Below are positions 21,714 through 24,000 of a stretch of DNA of 24,000 bases, one piece after another. A program made the position numbers and the translations under genes. The notes under the pieces are model-generated. The model was not told the DNA's origin. It saw only the letters and a program-made list of their open reading frames with translations, and did no database searches. How positions within the stretch are numbered: position 1 is the stretch's first letter; each line of letters opens with the position of its first letter. The DNA comes from Oceanococcaceae bacterium. Lineage in GTDB: Bacteria > Pseudomonadota > Gammaproteobacteria > Nevskiales > Oceanococcaceae. Where the stretch lies: assembly GCA_041603255.1 (NCBI GenBank), contig JBFIER010000011.1:53611-77610 (forward strand), read 5' to 3'.

Positions 21714-24000
21714 CTAGATCAGCCCCAGATCCTGCGCTCTGGCCAAAGCGCCAGAGCGGTTCTTGACGGCCAGCTTGCCGTAGATGTTGTGCAGGTGCCA
21801 CTTCAGCGTGCCTTCAGACACGAAGATGGCTTCCGCGATTTCCCGGTTGCTGAGCCCGGATTGCAGGCGTTTCAGGATTTGCGCCTCACGCTGTGTGAGC
21901 TCTTCGAGTAGTGTTTCCTGCGAGAGATTGCGCTCGCGGGCGACCGCCTTGGGCGCGCTGGTTGTGGCTTCCCGGATCCGACGCAGCAACGGCGCCGCCG
22001 CCTTGTGCGCCGGCTCGAGCTTGATTTTTCCCAGCAGGTTGGTGATCAACTCACCCTCATCCACGAAGATGCGGAAGTACTGGTGCTGGGCGCCCAGCAT
22101 CAGCGCATCACGCAGCACCAGCAGGGCCGTCGCTTCATCATCCGCCAGTGCATAGGCCTGGGCCTGCAATAACAACAGCTGGGCCTCACGATGGGCCAGC
22201 TTCAGTTCGCGGCTGTGCGCGATGGCCGAGGTCAGACAATCGGCGGCACGCTCGGGGTTGTCGCTCAAGTGCAGGCGGCTGGAGACGCGGTAGGATTTTT
22301 CGGCCTGCAGTGAAAAATCGTGCTCGTCACAGGGCTTTTGGTCCAGATCAAGCTGCCGTGCCCGCGCATGCGCCAGTTCAAACCGATTATCACGGCACAG
22401 CCAGCTGATTTCTTCGGTGGCCAATGTCAGCTCGGCGCGGTGCAGGCCGGAACGACGGGCCCGCTCCTGCCCGGCTTTGAGGCAGTTGTAACCGGATTCC
22501 GCCCCGCCATTCGCATAATAAATGCGCGCCTGGGCCAGATGCTGAATGATCAGGTAATCGGCCTGCACATAGTCGTCGTCATTCTCCGGCACGGCATCGA
22601 GGTGCGTTTGCGCTGCGCCGAAGTTTCCCCACTCGTACTCGACAAACGCCAGGATGGCGTGGCCAATGCCGGCGTGCTGATACAGACCCGGCATGTGGAC
22701 CTGCATGTGCTCGATAAGCTGCCGGGCAGTGTGGTGGGCGGCCTCGAAATCACCACGCTTGAGCATGATGAAACCCTCGATGGCGAAGTTCCAGGCCAGT
22801 GGGTAATAGCTTTCGGTGGCGACGAGGCGGGCTCTGGCGTCATGTACCACGTCCAGTGCCTGATCCAGTCTGGACCAGCTCTTGAGCGCAAAGGCATACA
22901 CGTTCAACACCGTGCCGATCCCGCTCTCGCTGTCGTTGGTCCATCGCGCCAGCCATTGCTCGCAGTTGCGCAGCATCGCTTCTTTCTGGTCGCTGATCCC
23001 GGCGAGGTGGCACTCATGCTTGCCGATTTCACGTTCCAGCGTTTCGATCAACTGCTGGTTCTCTTGCGGGCTTTTGCGGAGCTCGGCCAGCTGATCCCGC
23101 AGGATTTGCAACTGCACTTCCACGACTTGCGGGCGAGCGAAAAAAATCAGTGCAAAGACGTAGTTCAGGCGAATCTGCGGATGTTGCATTGCCCATTCAT
23201 TTGGCAGCTGATCCATCCACTCCATGATCGTATGCAGATAGCCCCGCCGAAACACCAGGGTTTCGACGCTGGCATCCAGCCATTGGCTGGCTTCCGCCCA
23301 GGCCTGCGCGCGCATCGCGTAGTGAATGGCTTCAACCAGCAGCCCGCGGTCGTACAAATTATGGGCGCCACGGATCAGGGCGTTGCGGCAGTAATCCGGG
23401 TGATGGCGCTGACCCTGCTCACGGAAGAATTGTCCGACCAGATGGTGAAAGCGGAACCAGTGCCCGCTCTGGTCCATCCGTTTGAAGAACAGATTGCGGG
23501 AGTGCAGTGAATCGAGTTTTTTTCTGGCCTCGACATCGCCGGTCGCGGCGGCCACCAGATCGGCATCAACCCGGTTGAACTGGGCGATGGCAAAAATGAA
23601 CTGCCGGGTTTCCACATCCAGGTGCTCGAGCAGCACCTCACCGAGGTATTCCATGACGCTGGCGTCGTTGCCCGCGAAGTCGGAGACCAGCTGGTTCGGG
23701 TCGGCGCTGCCATCAAGAATCAGCGTGGCCAGTTCCAGTCCCGCCGGCCAGCCCTCGGTCCGTGTGCTCAACTGTTGGATGCTGGTTTCCGACAGGCAGT
23801 CACCGAGCCGGGAGGTCACGAAATCCATGACTTCCGTATCGGTAAACTTGAGCTGGTCGGTGCCATATTCAACCAGTGTGCGACGGACCCGGAGCCGGCT
23901 CAGCGGCAGCATGCTCTCGGTACGGCTCCCCAGCACGAATTGCAGCTGTGGCGGCGCGTATTGCGTCAGCCACTGCAAGATCTTGAGCACTTCGGTGTTG
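21714..24000 (-). CDS. LuxR/MalT-like large transcriptional regulator, C-terminal ~760 aa (N-terminal ATPase part lies beyond the window end)
   Basis: C-terminal LuxR HTH: LTQREAQILKRLQSGLSNREIAEAIFVSEGTLKWHLHNIYGKLAVKNRSGALARAQDLGLI. A long helical/TPR-like middle region. The reading frame stays open from the listed GTG at 23990 to nt 24000, so the gene is truncated by the window. Convergent with the acyl-CoA synthetase, with a 16-nt gap. Confidence 0.8.
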   Translation of the reverse strand, partial: NTEVLKILQWLTQYAPPQLQFVLGSRTESMLPLSRLRVRRTLVEYGTDQLKFTDTEVMDFVTSRLGDCLSETSIQQLSTRTEGWPAGLELATLILDGSADPNQLVSDFAGNDASVMEYLGEVLLEHLDVETRQFIFAIAQFNRVDADLVAAATGDVEARKKLDSLHSRNLFFKRMDQSGHWFRFHHLVGQFFREQGQRHHPDYCRNALIRGAHNLYDRGLLVEAIHYAMRAQAWAEASQWLDASVETLVFRRGYLHTIMEWMDQLPNEWAMQHPQIRLNYVFALIFFARPQVVEVQLQILRDQLAELRKSPQENQQLIETLEREIGKHECHLAGISDQKEAMLRNCEQWLARWTNDSESGIGTVLNVYAFALKSWSRLDQALDVVHDARARLVATESYYPLAWNFAIEGFIMLKRGDFEAAHHTARQLIEHMQVHMPGLYQHAGIGHAILAFVEYEWGNFGAAQTHLDAVPENDDDYVQADYLIIQHLAQARIYYANGGAESGYNCLKAGQERARRSGLHRAELTLATEEISWLCRDNRFELAHARARQLDLDQKPCDEHDFSLQAEKSYRVSSRLHLSDNPERAADCLTSAIAHSRELKLAHREAQLLLLQAQAYALADDEATALLVLRDALMLGAQHQYFRIFVDEGELITNLLGKIKLEPAHKAAAPLLRRIREATTSAPKAVARERNLSQETLLEELTQREAQILKRLQSGLSNREIAEAIFVSEGTLKWHLHNIYGKLAVKNRSGALARAQDLGLI

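Noticed and set aside
1-24000. Horizontal-transfer or mobile-element boundaries for the island.
   Set aside because: I found no transposase, integrase, tRNA or clear terminal repeats in the window, and I cannot compute composition statistics reliably by eye. The flanking paralogs are too diverged to be recombination-generated repeats.

Overview
The window is visibly GC-rich, proteobacterial-looking and densely coding. I saw no rRNA, tRNA, CRISPR array, transposase or integrase.

Centre, 5448-12679 (+): a MerR-family regulator is followed by a tightly packed seven-gene operon.
- A copper membrane monooxygenase (CuMMO) in canonical C-A-B order (pmoCAB/amoCAB type), with every copper-ligand position I can check conserved.
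- A small membrane-anchored periplasmic protein in the position PmoD/AmoD occupies in known clusters.
- CopC.
- A three-domain fusion of CopD, a c-type cytochrome and a Cys-less thioredoxin-like fold.
- A His/Met-rich periplasmic protein.

Flanks: two diverged paralogous copies of a hydrophobe-transport module, one on each strand.
- Left, minus strand: DUF1329 - RND/MMPL - LuxR/MalT-like regulator.
- Right, plus strand: RND/MMPL - DUF1329 - BNR/Ycf48-like beta-propeller - DUF1302 outer-membrane barrel. An acyl-CoA synthetase and a convergent LuxR/MalT-like regulator follow.
- A secreted LpqC-like esterase and a highly structured REP-like repeat region sit between the left module and the MerR gene.

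Working hypothesis (inference): this is a hydrocarbon-oxidation island. It joins a CuMMO and its own copper-supply module to a poorly characterised trans-envelope system for hydrophobic substrates or products, under MalT/AlkS-class and MerR-class control.

The many long antisense ORFs in the six-frame track are GC-driven shadow ORFs and are not called.
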